This document shows, piece after piece, positions 1 to 7,932 of a stretch of 13,211 nucleotides of DNA. Within the stretch, counting starts at the first letter, position 1, and each line of letters begins with the position of its first letter. The DNA comes from Myxococcota bacterium. GTDB taxonomy: Bacteria; Myxococcota_A; UBA9160; PR03. The position numbers and the translations under genes are program-made. The notes under the pieces are model-generated. The model did no database searches and was not told the DNA's origin. It saw only the letters and a program-made list of their open reading frames with translations. The DNA lies in NCBI GenBank assembly GCA_041611735.1, contig JBFIML010000070.1, positions 1-13,211 of the forward strand, read 5' to 3'.

Positions 1-19
1 GCGACTCGCCCCAGTCCAT
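1..19 (-). CDS. Possible 5' end of a divergent gene running off the window (MDWGES...)
   Basis: Minus strand reads GGAGG-GATGGC-ATG GAC TGG GGC GAG TCG: an SD motif 6 nt before an ATG at 19. Only 6 codons are visible, so no product can be assigned. Confidence 0.35.
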
Positions 20-134
20 GCCATCCCTCCTCGGGCCGGCGAGGCCCGCCGGCGACGGAGTGTTCCCCGCGGCGTCGCCGGGCGCGACCCGGCGGCTTCG
101 CTACCTTCATCCGGGGTTCACGTCCGGAGGCCCC

Positions 135-1265
135 ATGCCCCCCCAGGTCCGCGAACCGGTCCGCGAGCAGGACGTCCTCGAGGCGCTACGCCCCATCGTA
201 GACCCGGACTTCGGACGCAGCATCGTGGACCTCGGCTTCGTGAAGCAGGTCCGCATCGACGGCGGGCGGGTCGCCTTCGCAATCGAGCTCACCACACCCG
301 CCTGCCCGGTCAAGGCCGAGTTCGAACGCAGCGCCCGGGAGCGGGTGGCGGCGCTGCCCGGCGTGGAGGCGGTGGAGGTGCACATGACCTCCCAGACCCG
401 CGGCCGGACGACCGTGGGCGGCCAGGGCGGGCCGCACCCGGAGATCCTCCCGGGGGTCCGCAACGTGCTGGCCGTGGCCTCCGGCAAGGGTGGCGTCGGC
501 AAGAGCACGGTGGCCGTGAACCTGGCCCTGGCCCTGCGCGAGAGCGGCGCGACGGTGGGCCTGATGGACGCCGACGTCTACGGCCCCTCGCTGCCCCTTC
601 TCACCGGGGTCTCGGGCCGGCCCCCGGTGCACGAGAAGCGGATCCTTCCCCACGAGGGCTACGGGCTGAAGCTCATGTCGATGGGGTTCTTCCTGACCGA
701 CGACTCGCCCGTGATCTGGCGCGGCCCCATGGTGCACGGCCTCGTGCGACAGTTCCTGACCGACGTGGAGTGGGGCGAGCTCGACTACCTGGTGGTGGAC
801 CTGCCCCCCGGGACCGGCGACGCCGCCCTGACGCTCACCCAGCAGGCCCCCCTCTCCGGTGCGGTGATCGTCACGACCGCCAACCAGCTCGCGCTGATCG
901 ACGCCCGCAAGGGACTCCGGATGTTCGAGAAGGTCAGTGTGCCGGTGCTCGGCATCATCGAGAACATGTCCTACTTCGTGCCGCCGGATCTGCCGGATCG
1001 CAAGTACCACCTCTTCGGCCAGGGCGGCGGCCGACGCGTGGCCGAGGAGATCGGCGTCGAGTTCCTGGGCGAGATTCCGATCGACCCGCGCGTGGTGGAG
1101 GGCGGGGACCGGGGCCAGCCGATCCTCGTCTCGGCCCCGGATTCGCCCGCGGCCGAGGCGCTGCGGACGCTGGCGGGCCACGTCGCCCGCAAGCTCGCCG
1201 TGCTGGCGAGCCGCACGCCCCCCACGGCCGACGCGAACATCACCTGGGTGACGGATCCGGCCTGA
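135..1265 (+). CDS. apbC: Mrp/NBP35 (ApbC-type) Fe-S cluster carrier ATPase with an N-terminal FeS-assembly (MIP18/DUF59-like) domain
   Basis: N-terminal DPDFGRSIVDLGFV...ELTTPACP; deviant Walker A VASGKGGVGKST; DADVYGPS; PVIWRGPMV; WGELDYLVVDLPPGTGD; GIIENMS. ATG 135 follows GGAGG (126-130), so the ORF-track start at 18 is probably too early. Confidence 0.95.
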   Translation: MPPQVREPVREQDVLEALRPIVDPDFGRSIVDLGFVKQVRIDGGRVAFAIELTTPACPVKAEFERSARERVAALPGVEAVEVHMTSQTRGRTTVGGQGGPHPEILPGVRNVLAVASGKGGVGKSTVAVNLALALRESGATVGLMDADVYGPSLPLLTGVSGRPPVHEKRILPHEGYGLKLMSMGFFLTDDSPVIWRGPMVHGLVRQFLTDVEWGELDYLVVDLPPGTGDAALTLTQQAPLSGAVIVTTANQLALIDARKGLRMFEKVSVPVLGIIENMSYFVPPDLPDRKYHLFGQGGGRRVAEEIGVEFLGEIPIDPRVVEGGDRGQPILVSAPDSPAAEALRTLAGHVARKLAVLASRTPPTADANITWVTDPA

Positions 1266-1401
1266 GGAGACGGAGTCGTCGGGACGCGGCTTGCCCGGAT
1301 CGAGTCCCGGGGACGGACATGGACTTCCCGACCCACCAGCTCCCCCGCCTTGACGTCATCCGGAGGGACGCCTGCGACCAATCCCGAGCAGGAGACTCGC
1401 C

Positions 1402-1833
1402 ATGACCCGCCCGACACGGAGCAGCGCCACCGTCATCCCCTGCCTGCGTTACCAGGACGCTCCCAAGGCCATCGACTGGCTGTGCCGGGCCTTCGGCTTC
1501 GAGAAGCAACTGGTGGTCCCCAACGACGACGGGACCATCGCCCACGCCCAGCTCACCCATGGGCGCGGCATGATCATGCTGGGCTCCGCGGGCCGTCACG
1601 GCGGCGGCTTCGACCAGCTCGTGAAGACGCCCGCGCAGGTGGGCGGCACCGGCACCCAGAGCTCCTACGTGGTGGTGGACGACGCCGACGCCCATCTCGC
1701 GCGCGCTCGCGCCGCGGGCGCCGAGATCGTGCTGGACATCCAGGACGCGGACTACGGCGGCCGCGGCTACACCTGCCGGGATCCCGAGGGCCACGTCTGG
1801 AGCTTCGGCAGCTACGACCCCCGGGCCCACTGA
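1402..1833 (+). CDS. VOC family (glyoxalase/bleomycin resistance) protein
   Basis: VIPCLRYQDAPKAIDWLCRAFGF...HAQL..G.GMIMLG...YVVVDDADAH..RA.AAGAEIV...DYGGRGYTCRDPEGHVWSFG; SD AGGAG upstream. Confidence 0.93.
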   Translation: MTRPTRSSATVIPCLRYQDAPKAIDWLCRAFGFEKQLVVPNDDGTIAHAQLTHGRGMIMLGSAGRHGGGFDQLVKTPAQVGGTGTQSSYVVVDDADAHLARARAAGAEIVLDIQDADYGGRGYTCRDPEGHVWSFGSYDPRAH

Positions 1834-1840
1834 GCCAGAG

Positions 1841-3604
1841 CTACAGCCACAGCACGCTCACGATCGTCACCGTCACCCCGGCCAGCAGGAGCTGGAGCGG
1901 AACGCCGAAGCGCAGGAAGTCCGTGAAGCGATAACCGCCCGGCCCGTAGACCATCAGGTTGGTCTGATAGCCGATCGGCGTCGAGAAGCTCGCCGAGGCA
2001 GCCATCATCAGGATGAACAGGAACGGACGCATCTCCATGCCCGCCGCCTCGGCGGCGGCCGCGGCGATCGGATACATGAGCACCGCGGCGGCGTTGTTGG
2101 TGATGAGCTCGGTGAGCACCATCGTCGAGAGGTAGACGCCCCCGAGGATCCCGATCGGGCCGAAGGGCCGCACGGCTTCGAGCAGTCCCTGGGCGATCTC
2201 GCGGGCCGCGCCGGTCTTGTGCAGCGCCTCGCCGATCCCGAAGGAGGCGGCGATCGCCAGGATGACGCGCACGTCCACCGCCCGCACGGCCTCGGGACCC
2301 GTCAGGCAACGCGCGGCGATCAGGGCTCCCGAGGCCAGCAGGGCCGCGGTGAGCAGGGGAATCCCCACCACCACGTGCGCCAGGACCATGGCCAGCAGCA
2401 GCGCCGAGGCGATCCAGGCCCGCTCGTGGCGCGGGGGCTCGCTTCCCGCCACCTCGGCCACCAGGGCGAAGGTCGAGTCGTTGCGGCGCTCGCGCTCGAA
2501 GGAGGGGTGGGTCTCGACCAGCAGCGTATCGCCCGCCCGCAGCACGATGTCGCCGATGCGGCCGGCGATCCGCTCGCCGTGGCGATGGACGGCGATGATC
2601 GCGGCGCTGTACTGGGTGCGGAAGCCGCTCTCGCGCACGCTGCGTCCCGCCAGGGGAGAGGCGGCTCCCACCACCGCCTCCACCAGCCGGCGCTGGCTGC
2701 GCGCCTGCGCGAGCTTGTCCACCTGGTCGTCGGCGGGCACCAACCCCCGGATCCGGCGCAGGTCCACCACGCTCTCCACCAGGCCCACGAAGAGCAGCCG
2801 ATCCTCGGGTGCGATGCGCACGTCGGGCGCTACGGCGGGCATGGGCTCGCCGCCGCGCTCGATCTCGGCCAGGAAGAGGCCGGGGAGGTGCCGGAGCCCC
2901 GCCGCCTCGATGGTCTGGCCCACGATCGGGGAGCCCGGCTCGACGCGCATGGCGACTGCGTACTGCCGGGGGTTCGCGAGGGCGGGCTCCGGCGCGCCCC
3001 GGTCGGGCAGCAGCCAGCGGGACAGCAGCAGCACGTAGGTCATGCCGATCAGGGCGACCGGAACTCCCACCCAGGCGATCTCGAAGAGACCCACGCGCAG
3101 GCCCCGATCCGCCGCGAGGCCTGCCACCAGCAGGTTCGTGCTCGTCCCGATCAGCGTCACCGTCCCACCCAGAATGGTGGCGTAGCTGAGGGGCATCAGG
3201 AGCTTGGAGGCGGCGATGCGGGTGCGCCGCGCCCAGTCCATCACGACGGGAACCATCACCGCCACGACGGGCGTGTTGTTGACGAAGCCCGAGACGAAGG
3301 CGACGGGAAGCATGAGCCGCAGCTGCGCAGTCCCCACGCGGCGGGGATGGCCGAGCCAGCGGCGCGCCACGAAGTCGAGCGCCCCGGTCTCGCGCAGCCC
3401 CGCCGCCACCACGAAGAGGACGGCGACCGCCGCCACGCCCTCGTTGGAGAAGCCCGCGAGCCCCTCCTTGGGCGTGATCACGCCGAGCGCCAGGAGCGCG
3501 GTCAGGCCAGCGACCAGGACGAGATCCGGGGCGGCGACGTTCCACGCCAGGGCCGCCACCACCGAGAGGGTCACCGCGACCGCGACCCAGGCGTGCCAGT
3601 CCAT
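1841..3604 (-). CDS. SLC13/DASS-family permease with two TrkA-C domains (putative sulfate or di/tricarboxylate transporter)
   Basis: Many TM segments; motifs GFSNEG, SGFVNNTPVV, TLIGTSTNL, TELITNNAAA, ASFSTPIGYQTNLMVYGPGGY.F.DF.R.G; central soluble TrkA-C repeats (SPIVGQTIEAAGLR, SPLAGRSVRESGFR). ATG 3604 follows GGGAG; a TATGCT -10-like box lies at 3642-3647. Confidence 0.92.
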   Translation of the reverse strand: MDWHAWVAVAVTLSVVAALAWNVAAPDLVLVAGLTALLALGVITPKEGLAGFSNEGVAAVAVLFVVAAGLRETGALDFVARRWLGHPRRVGTAQLRLMLPVAFVSGFVNNTPVVAVMVPVVMDWARRTRIAASKLLMPLSYATILGGTVTLIGTSTNLLVAGLAADRGLRVGLFEIAWVGVPVALIGMTYVLLLSRWLLPDRGAPEPALANPRQYAVAMRVEPGSPIVGQTIEAAGLRHLPGLFLAEIERGGEPMPAVAPDVRIAPEDRLLFVGLVESVVDLRRIRGLVPADDQVDKLAQARSQRRLVEAVVGAASPLAGRSVRESGFRTQYSAAIIAVHRHGERIAGRIGDIVLRAGDTLLVETHPSFERERRNDSTFALVAEVAGSEPPRHERAWIASALLLAMVLAHVVVGIPLLTAALLASGALIAARCLTGPEAVRAVDVRVILAIAASFGIGEALHKTGAAREIAQGLLEAVRPFGPIGILGGVYLSTMVLTELITNNAAAVLMYPIAAAAAEAAGMEMRPFLFILMMAASASFSTPIGYQTNLMVYGPGGYRFTDFLRFGVPLQLLLAGVTVTIVSVLWL

Positions 3605-3798
3605 GGGATCTCCCTGCCGGCTCCAGGCGCTCGGAGCCCGGAGCATACCGCTCGGCTGCGCAGTCGCGGCAAGGGGCCCGAGGTCGAGGGCGAGGCCGGC
3701 GGGGTTTCCGCTGCGGCCCGACGCCGCGGAAGGGACCTTCCTCGAGGGTGGAAGACATTTTCCCTCCTCGCGTGGGCCTCGCATTCCAAATCACCGGA

Positions 3799-3811
3799 AA
3801 TCAGGAGCTTG
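3799..3811 (+). promoter_or_regulatory. Putative IHF binding site
   Basis: AATCAGGAGCTTG matches WATCARNNNNTTR, in a locally AT-richer patch just upstream of a sigma-54 promoter. Confidence 0.55.
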
Positions 3812-3825
3812 GAGCACGTGGGGCG

Positions 3826-3841
3826 TGGCTCCGAAATTGCT
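3826..3841 (+). promoter_or_regulatory. Sigma-54 (RpoN) -24/-12 promoter for the PEP-CTERM gene
   Basis: TGGCTCCGAAATTGCT has exact GG-N10-GC spacing and one mismatch to TGGCAC-N5-TTGCW. It lies about 110 nt upstream of ATG 3954. Confidence 0.75.
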
Positions 3842-3953
3842 TGCAAGGAGGTGCAAAGGGCGCCGGCCCTGCGGCTCCTCCCCCTGCTGCCGTTCGAGCT
3901 CCTGGATCTCGTTCCCCCCCACCGCCGGGCGCGGCCTCACCGGGAGGGCAACG

Positions 3954-4712
3954 ATGAGCGCCATCATCCGACGATTCTCATTGGCCGCGCTGGGGTCCCT
4001 GGCCGCGTTGGCGATCCTGTTCGTGGCACCCGACGCGCGGTCCCTCGACTGCGGACCGGGTCCCCACTGGATCGACACCTGCCCGGCGGGCCTCGACGTG
4101 TTTCCGAACTCCGGTGCCCTGGTCGGGATCGACCTCGACCTGGACACGATCGAGGACTTCAGCGTGGTCCTGTTCGGACCGACCGTGATCCAGCGCCAGG
4201 CCGCCTCGGACGTCTCGCTCAACTTTCCCGGCGCCCTGGGCTCCTCCCTCGACAGCCACATCGACGTGATCGACACCGAGATCGTCTCGCTGAGCCTGAC
4301 CGGCGGGGGCTTCACCCTCACCGCCGGCCAGGGCATCACCCCGGGCGGCGTGTTCCTCCTGCCTTCGCTCGGCGCGATCGTGGAGCAGGCGGGTGACCCC
4401 ACGCTGGGCGACAGCTTCTTCGACGTGTTCTTCGAGGTGGATCTCGGCGGGGGGAACTTCGCCTACAACCAGAACCCGTTGACGGTCGTCGCGAACCCCC
4501 CGCTGCAAGGAGTGCCCCCGATCCCCCAGCCCTACATCCACCCGACGGGCCCGATTCCGCTCTTCACGCTTCCGGTCGGCGGCGTCCAGATTGCCAACCT
4601 GGTGAGAGCCGTACATGTGACGCCGGAGCCCGGGAGCGGCCTGCTGCTCGGAGCCGGGCTGCTCGGCGTGGCGCTCGCGCGCTCGCGTCGGGCGTCGCCG
4701 CCGCGCTCCTGA
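3954..4712 (+). CDS. PEP-CTERM sorting domain-containing exported protein (252 aa)
   Basis: SD GGGAGG; signal peptide MSAIIRRFSLAALGSLAALAILFVAPDARS; C-terminal VTPEPGSGLLLGAGLLGVALARSRR (PEP motif, TM helix, Arg cluster). It is the 3' part of track ORF 3204..4712. Confidence 0.9.
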   Translation: MSAIIRRFSLAALGSLAALAILFVAPDARSLDCGPGPHWIDTCPAGLDVFPNSGALVGIDLDLDTIEDFSVVLFGPTVIQRQAASDVSLNFPGALGSSLDSHIDVIDTEIVSLSLTGGGFTLTAGQGITPGGVFLLPSLGAIVEQAGDPTLGDSFFDVFFEVDLGGGNFAYNQNPLTVVANPPLQGVPPIPQPYIHPTGPIPLFTLPVGGVQIANLVRAVHVTPEPGSGLLLGAGLLGVALARSRRASPPRS

Positions 4713-4746
4713 ACGCGGGTACCGCCCGCCCGATCGAGCTGCTTGG

Positions 4747-5451
4747 CTACCGCCCGTGCAGGAGCGGCGCGTAGAGAACGGGCGCCGGGCCGACGGGCCC
4801 CTGGCTCACCCGCTTCAGGTAGTCGTCGTAGTCGATCGACTCGAGCGCGACACGCGGGTCGGGCTCGAAGAAGGCGTCCGGGATGGCCAGCTCCCGGGTC
4901 CAGTCCACGTAGTCCAGGCGCGCCTTCGAGGTGGTGCCGCGGTCGAAGGTCTCGAGGCGGACGGGGAGCGCGAGCGCGTCCTTCGTGACCCAGAGCTCGC
5001 GGCGACCGCGTGCGTCGGTGACCCGGTAGACGTCGCACAAGCGGCCCGCCAGCCGCTCGCTGCGCACGCGCTCCGCACCCTCCGCCAGCAGACGTTCGCG
5101 ATCGTCGCCGAAGGGCCGTCGCCCCGACGCGTCGGCCGCCTGGGCCGCAGGGCTGCGCCGGATCGCGATGCCGCGACCGGCCAGGGCGTCGATCACGTAG
5201 TAGCGCTCGCCGTTCACGAGGGTCACGATGGGGCGGCCGAGGAGCACGGTTTCCGCCCGGAAGCGGCTGCCGCTCGCCCACAGGAACTCGACACGCAGCG
5301 GGACGTCCCCGCTCGTCACCCGCTGGGCGAACCAGGTCTCGGCGCCCTGCGCCGCGCCCCCGGGAAGGGCCAGGGCGAGGACCAGCCCGGCCCGCAGCAC
5401 CGGACGGGCGAAACGGCGCGAGCCGAAGCTCCCAAGCTCAGTTCTCGACAC
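4747..5451 (-). CDS. Secreted/periplasmic hypothetical protein, possibly LolA-like fold (234 aa)
   Basis: GTG 5451 follows AAGGAGG and overlaps the upstream gene's stop; signal-peptide-like RRFARPVLRAGLVLALALPGGAAQG; beta-rich pattern with E.LAGR.CDVY, ELWV, LPVRLE and IPDAFFEP resembling LolA-superfamily proteins. The fold is an inference. Confidence 0.7.
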   Translation of the reverse strand: MSRTELGSFGSRRFARPVLRAGLVLALALPGGAAQGAETWFAQRVTSGDVPLRVEFLWASGSRFRAETVLLGRPIVTLVNGERYYVIDALAGRGIAIRRSPAAQAADASGRRPFGDDRERLLAEGAERVRSERLAGRLCDVYRVTDARGRRELWVTKDALALPVRLETFDRGTTSKARLDYVDWTRELAIPDAFFEPDPRVALESIDYDDYLKRVSQGPVGPAPVLYAPLLHGR

Positions 5452-6682
5452 CAGATTCCTCCTTCGCAACGAGTGCGGCGATGGGACCCGCTTCCATGGC
5501 GTCCGGAATCGGGACGCCGAGCAGGGCCAGCACGGTGGGCGCCACGTCGAGGGCCGAGACCCGCCCGACCTCGGTGCCCGCCGGAACCGCGCGCCCGTAG
5601 GCCACGAAGAGCGCCTCCAGGCCCGGGGCCCCGGGCGGGTAGCCGTGGGCGGCTCGCATGCCGAGCCGGGCGAAGCCGAAGGCGGCGGCCAGACGGGCCC
5701 CGCCGCCGGGGCTCCCGATCGCCGTCCCGGGCGGGGCCACCACCACCACCGCGCCGAAGCGCGGGTGTGCCACGCGCAGCCCGGCCGGCGCCTGCTCGCG
5801 CCGCCACGCCTGGAGGCCGCTCTCCCGGGCCACCGCCAGCACCGCTTCGACGCTCTCCGCCGGCGCCACCACCGAGGCGAAGCCCCCGCCCCCGAGGACG
5901 CGGGCCGCCGCCAGGCCGGCCCGCGTGAGCGCCCCCGCCAGGTCCACGGCCCGCTCCACGGGCAGGCTCCCGTGGTCGGAGACGACGAGCAGGGTCGTAT
6001 GGGACCACAGCCCCCGGGCGGCGACGCCCGCCACGAGCCGCTCCAGGGCGCGGTCCTGGCCGCGCAAGGCCGTGGCGACCCGGGGCGAGTCGGCACCGTG
6101 GCGGTGGGCCGCGTCGTCGCCGCCACGGAAATAGCTGGTGATGAGCCGCGGGCGCTGCGCCGGGTCGGGGAGGTCCAGCCAGGCCAGCATCTGCGCGACC
6201 TTCTCCTGCTCCGGCGTCGACGCGTCGAAGGGGCGCCAATGGCGCGGCCCGAGCCCGCTGCGCCAGGGCCCCTCGGAGCCGACCCAGTGGAAGGCGGCGG
6301 AGGGAATCCCACGCCGCGCCAGGATCGACCACAGCGGCTCCGTCTCGCTCCAGGTGGGGTCGGAGGCGTAGCGGTGCAGGCCGCGCTCCGGATCCAGGAA
6401 GACGTTGTTTACGACCCCGTGCACCTCCGGTGCGACACCCGTCACGAAGCTCACGTGGTTCGGAAAGGTGTTGCTCGGGAAGACCGGGACGAGGCGCCCG
6501 CGCGCGCCCTCCCGGGCCAGGCGCCCCAGGGTGGCGAGTCCGGCCGTCTCCACCGCGTCCGCCGGAGTGCCGTCCATGGAGACCAGCAGGACGGTCGGCT
6601 CCACGGCTCCGACGGCGGGGGCGAGCCCGAGAAGGACGGCAAGGAGCAGCGCCAGCCTGCGCAGGAGGAGGAGCGGCTTCAT
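5438..6682 (-). CDS. Alkaline phosphatase superfamily nucleotide pyrophosphatase/phosphodiesterase (NPP type), exported
   Basis: Signal peptide MKPLLLLRRLALLLAVLLGLAPAVGA; VLLVSMDG; FPSNTFPNH.SFVTG (catalytic Thr); DDAAHRHG; VVSDHG; AHGY metal ligands. It is the 3' part of track ORF 5438..7762. Confidence 0.92.
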   Translation of the reverse strand: MKPLLLLRRLALLLAVLLGLAPAVGAVEPTVLLVSMDGTPADAVETAGLATLGRLAREGARGRLVPVFPSNTFPNHVSFVTGVAPEVHGVVNNVFLDPERGLHRYASDPTWSETEPLWSILARRGIPSAAFHWVGSEGPWRSGLGPRHWRPFDASTPEQEKVAQMLAWLDLPDPAQRPRLITSYFRGGDDAAHRHGADSPRVATALRGQDRALERLVAGVAARGLWSHTTLLVVSDHGSLPVERAVDLAGALTRAGLAAARVLGGGGFASVVAPAESVEAVLAVARESGLQAWRREQAPAGLRVAHPRFGAVVVVAPPGTAIGSPGGGARLAAAFGFARLGMRAAHGYPPGAPGLEALFVAYGRAVPAGTEVGRVSALDVAPTVLALLGVPIPDAMEAGPIAALVAKEESGVEN

Positions 6683-6735
6683 GAAAGCATCGCTTCGACG
6701 CGATGCCGGCGCCCGCGATTCGACGGCGCCACCCG

Positions 6736-7863
6736 TCAGGCCGGCGCGGCCGCGTAGCGGGCGAGTCGCACCGGGGCGCGACGCGGCCCCCAGGTGCCCG
6801 GCTCGGCCTCGAAGATTCCGGCGCAGGGGGCCCCGCAAGCCCGGCAGCGACCCTCCGGGGTGAGCTGCCAATCCGTGAGCACGTACCAGTCGCGCCCGAC
6901 GAGGCGCGCGCCGCAGGCGTGGCAGGTCGTGCTCTGGCCCTCCTCGTCGTGGACGTTTCCGGTGTAGACGTACCGCAGCCCGTGGCGGCGGGCGATGGCG
7001 CGGGCGCGGCGCAGGATGCCCGCCGAGGTGTGCGGCTTGTCCATCATCTTGTAGTCGGGGTGGAAGGCCGTGAAGTGCCAGGGGACGTCGATGCCCAGAT
7101 GCTCCACGATCCAGCGGCTGGCGGCCTCGATCTCCGCATCCGAGTCGTTCTCCCCCGGGATGAGGAGCGTGGTGATCTCGAACCAGACGTCGGTCTCGCG
7201 CTTCAGGTAGACGAGCGTGTCGAGCACCGGCTGGAGGTGCCCGCTGCAGACCCGGTGGTAGAAGTCCTCGCTGAAGGCCTTGAGATCCACGTTGGCGGCA
7301 TCCATGTGGGCGTAGAACTCCCGGCGCGGCGCCTCGCACATGTAGCCCGCGGTCACGGCGACGCTTCGGACCCCGACCGATCGGCAGGCCTTCGCCACAT
7401 CCACCGCGTACTCGAGGAAGATCACGGGGTCGTTGTAGGTGAAGGCCACGCTGCGGCAGCCGAGCTCCCGGGCGGCGCGGGCGATGGTCTCGGGAGTGGC
7501 GGCGTCGGCCAGGGTGTCGATCTCCCGCGACTTGCTGATGTCCCAGTTCTGGCAGAAGCGGCAGGCGAGGTTGCAGCCCGCCGTTCCGAAGGAGAGCACC
7601 GGCGTGCCGGGCAGGAAGTGGTTGAGCGGCTTCTTCTCGATGGGATCGACGCAGAAGCCGCTTGACCGACCCCAGGTGGTGAGCACCATCTGGTCGTCCT
7701 GGCGGGCGCGGACGAAGCACAGGCCCCGCTGGCCCTCGAGGAGGCGGCAGTAGCGCGGGCACAGGTCACATTGGATCTTCCCGTCCGGCAGGATGTGCCA
7801 GTAGCGGCCCGGGACGATCGATCCCTCCGGGGAACGAGGCGGGGACTCTCGGGAAGGAGACAT
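6736..7863 (-). CDS. amrS: AmmeMemoRadiSam system radical SAM enzyme
   Basis: N-terminal QCDLCPRYC...GLCFVR; DPIEKKPLNHFLPG; radical SAM motif GCNLACRFCQNWDIS; AFTYNDP; NVDLKAF; EITTLLIPGENDS; HFTAFHPDY; YVYTGNVHD; C-terminal CHACG/CRACG. Start ATG 7863 (TTG 7884 possible). Adjacent to amrB/amrA. Confidence 0.95.
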   Translation of the reverse strand: MSPSRESPPRSPEGSIVPGRYWHILPDGKIQCDLCPRYCRLLEGQRGLCFVRARQDDQMVLTTWGRSSGFCVDPIEKKPLNHFLPGTPVLSFGTAGCNLACRFCQNWDISKSREIDTLADAATPETIARAARELGCRSVAFTYNDPVIFLEYAVDVAKACRSVGVRSVAVTAGYMCEAPRREFYAHMDAANVDLKAFSEDFYHRVCSGHLQPVLDTLVYLKRETDVWFEITTLLIPGENDSDAEIEAASRWIVEHLGIDVPWHFTAFHPDYKMMDKPHTSAGILRRARAIARRHGLRYVYTGNVHDEEGQSTTCHACGARLVGRDWYVLTDWQLTPEGRCRACGAPCAGIFEAEPGTWGPRRAPVRLARYAAAPA

Positions 7864-7932
7864 GGAAGAGCAATCCGTCGTCAAGCATGGGTCCCGCGCG
7901 GCTCCGCGTCAATCGAGCCGGGGGGCTTCGGC

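Noticed and set aside
18-134. N-terminal extension of the Mrp ORF
   Set aside because: Not family-like; a good SD precedes ATG 135, and the region appears to hold the SD/start of a divergent gene.
1263-1265. Sec read-through at other TGA stops (Mrp, VOC, amrB, amrA, histone)
   Set aside because: These fall at the natural family C-termini, not at conserved Cys positions, and the downstream frames are not protein-like.
2219-4396. Long alternative-frame ORFs (725 aa 2219..4396, 660 aa 1812..3794, 5' part of 3204..4712)
   Set aside because: Shadow frames of the SLC13 and PEP-CTERM genes; Arg/Gly/Pro-rich, motif-free, and expected in high-GC DNA.
6683-7762. Apparent 774-aa fusion upstream of the NPP
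   Set aside because: The first 360 codons are an off-frame reading of amrS; the NPP signal peptide begins at ATG 6682.
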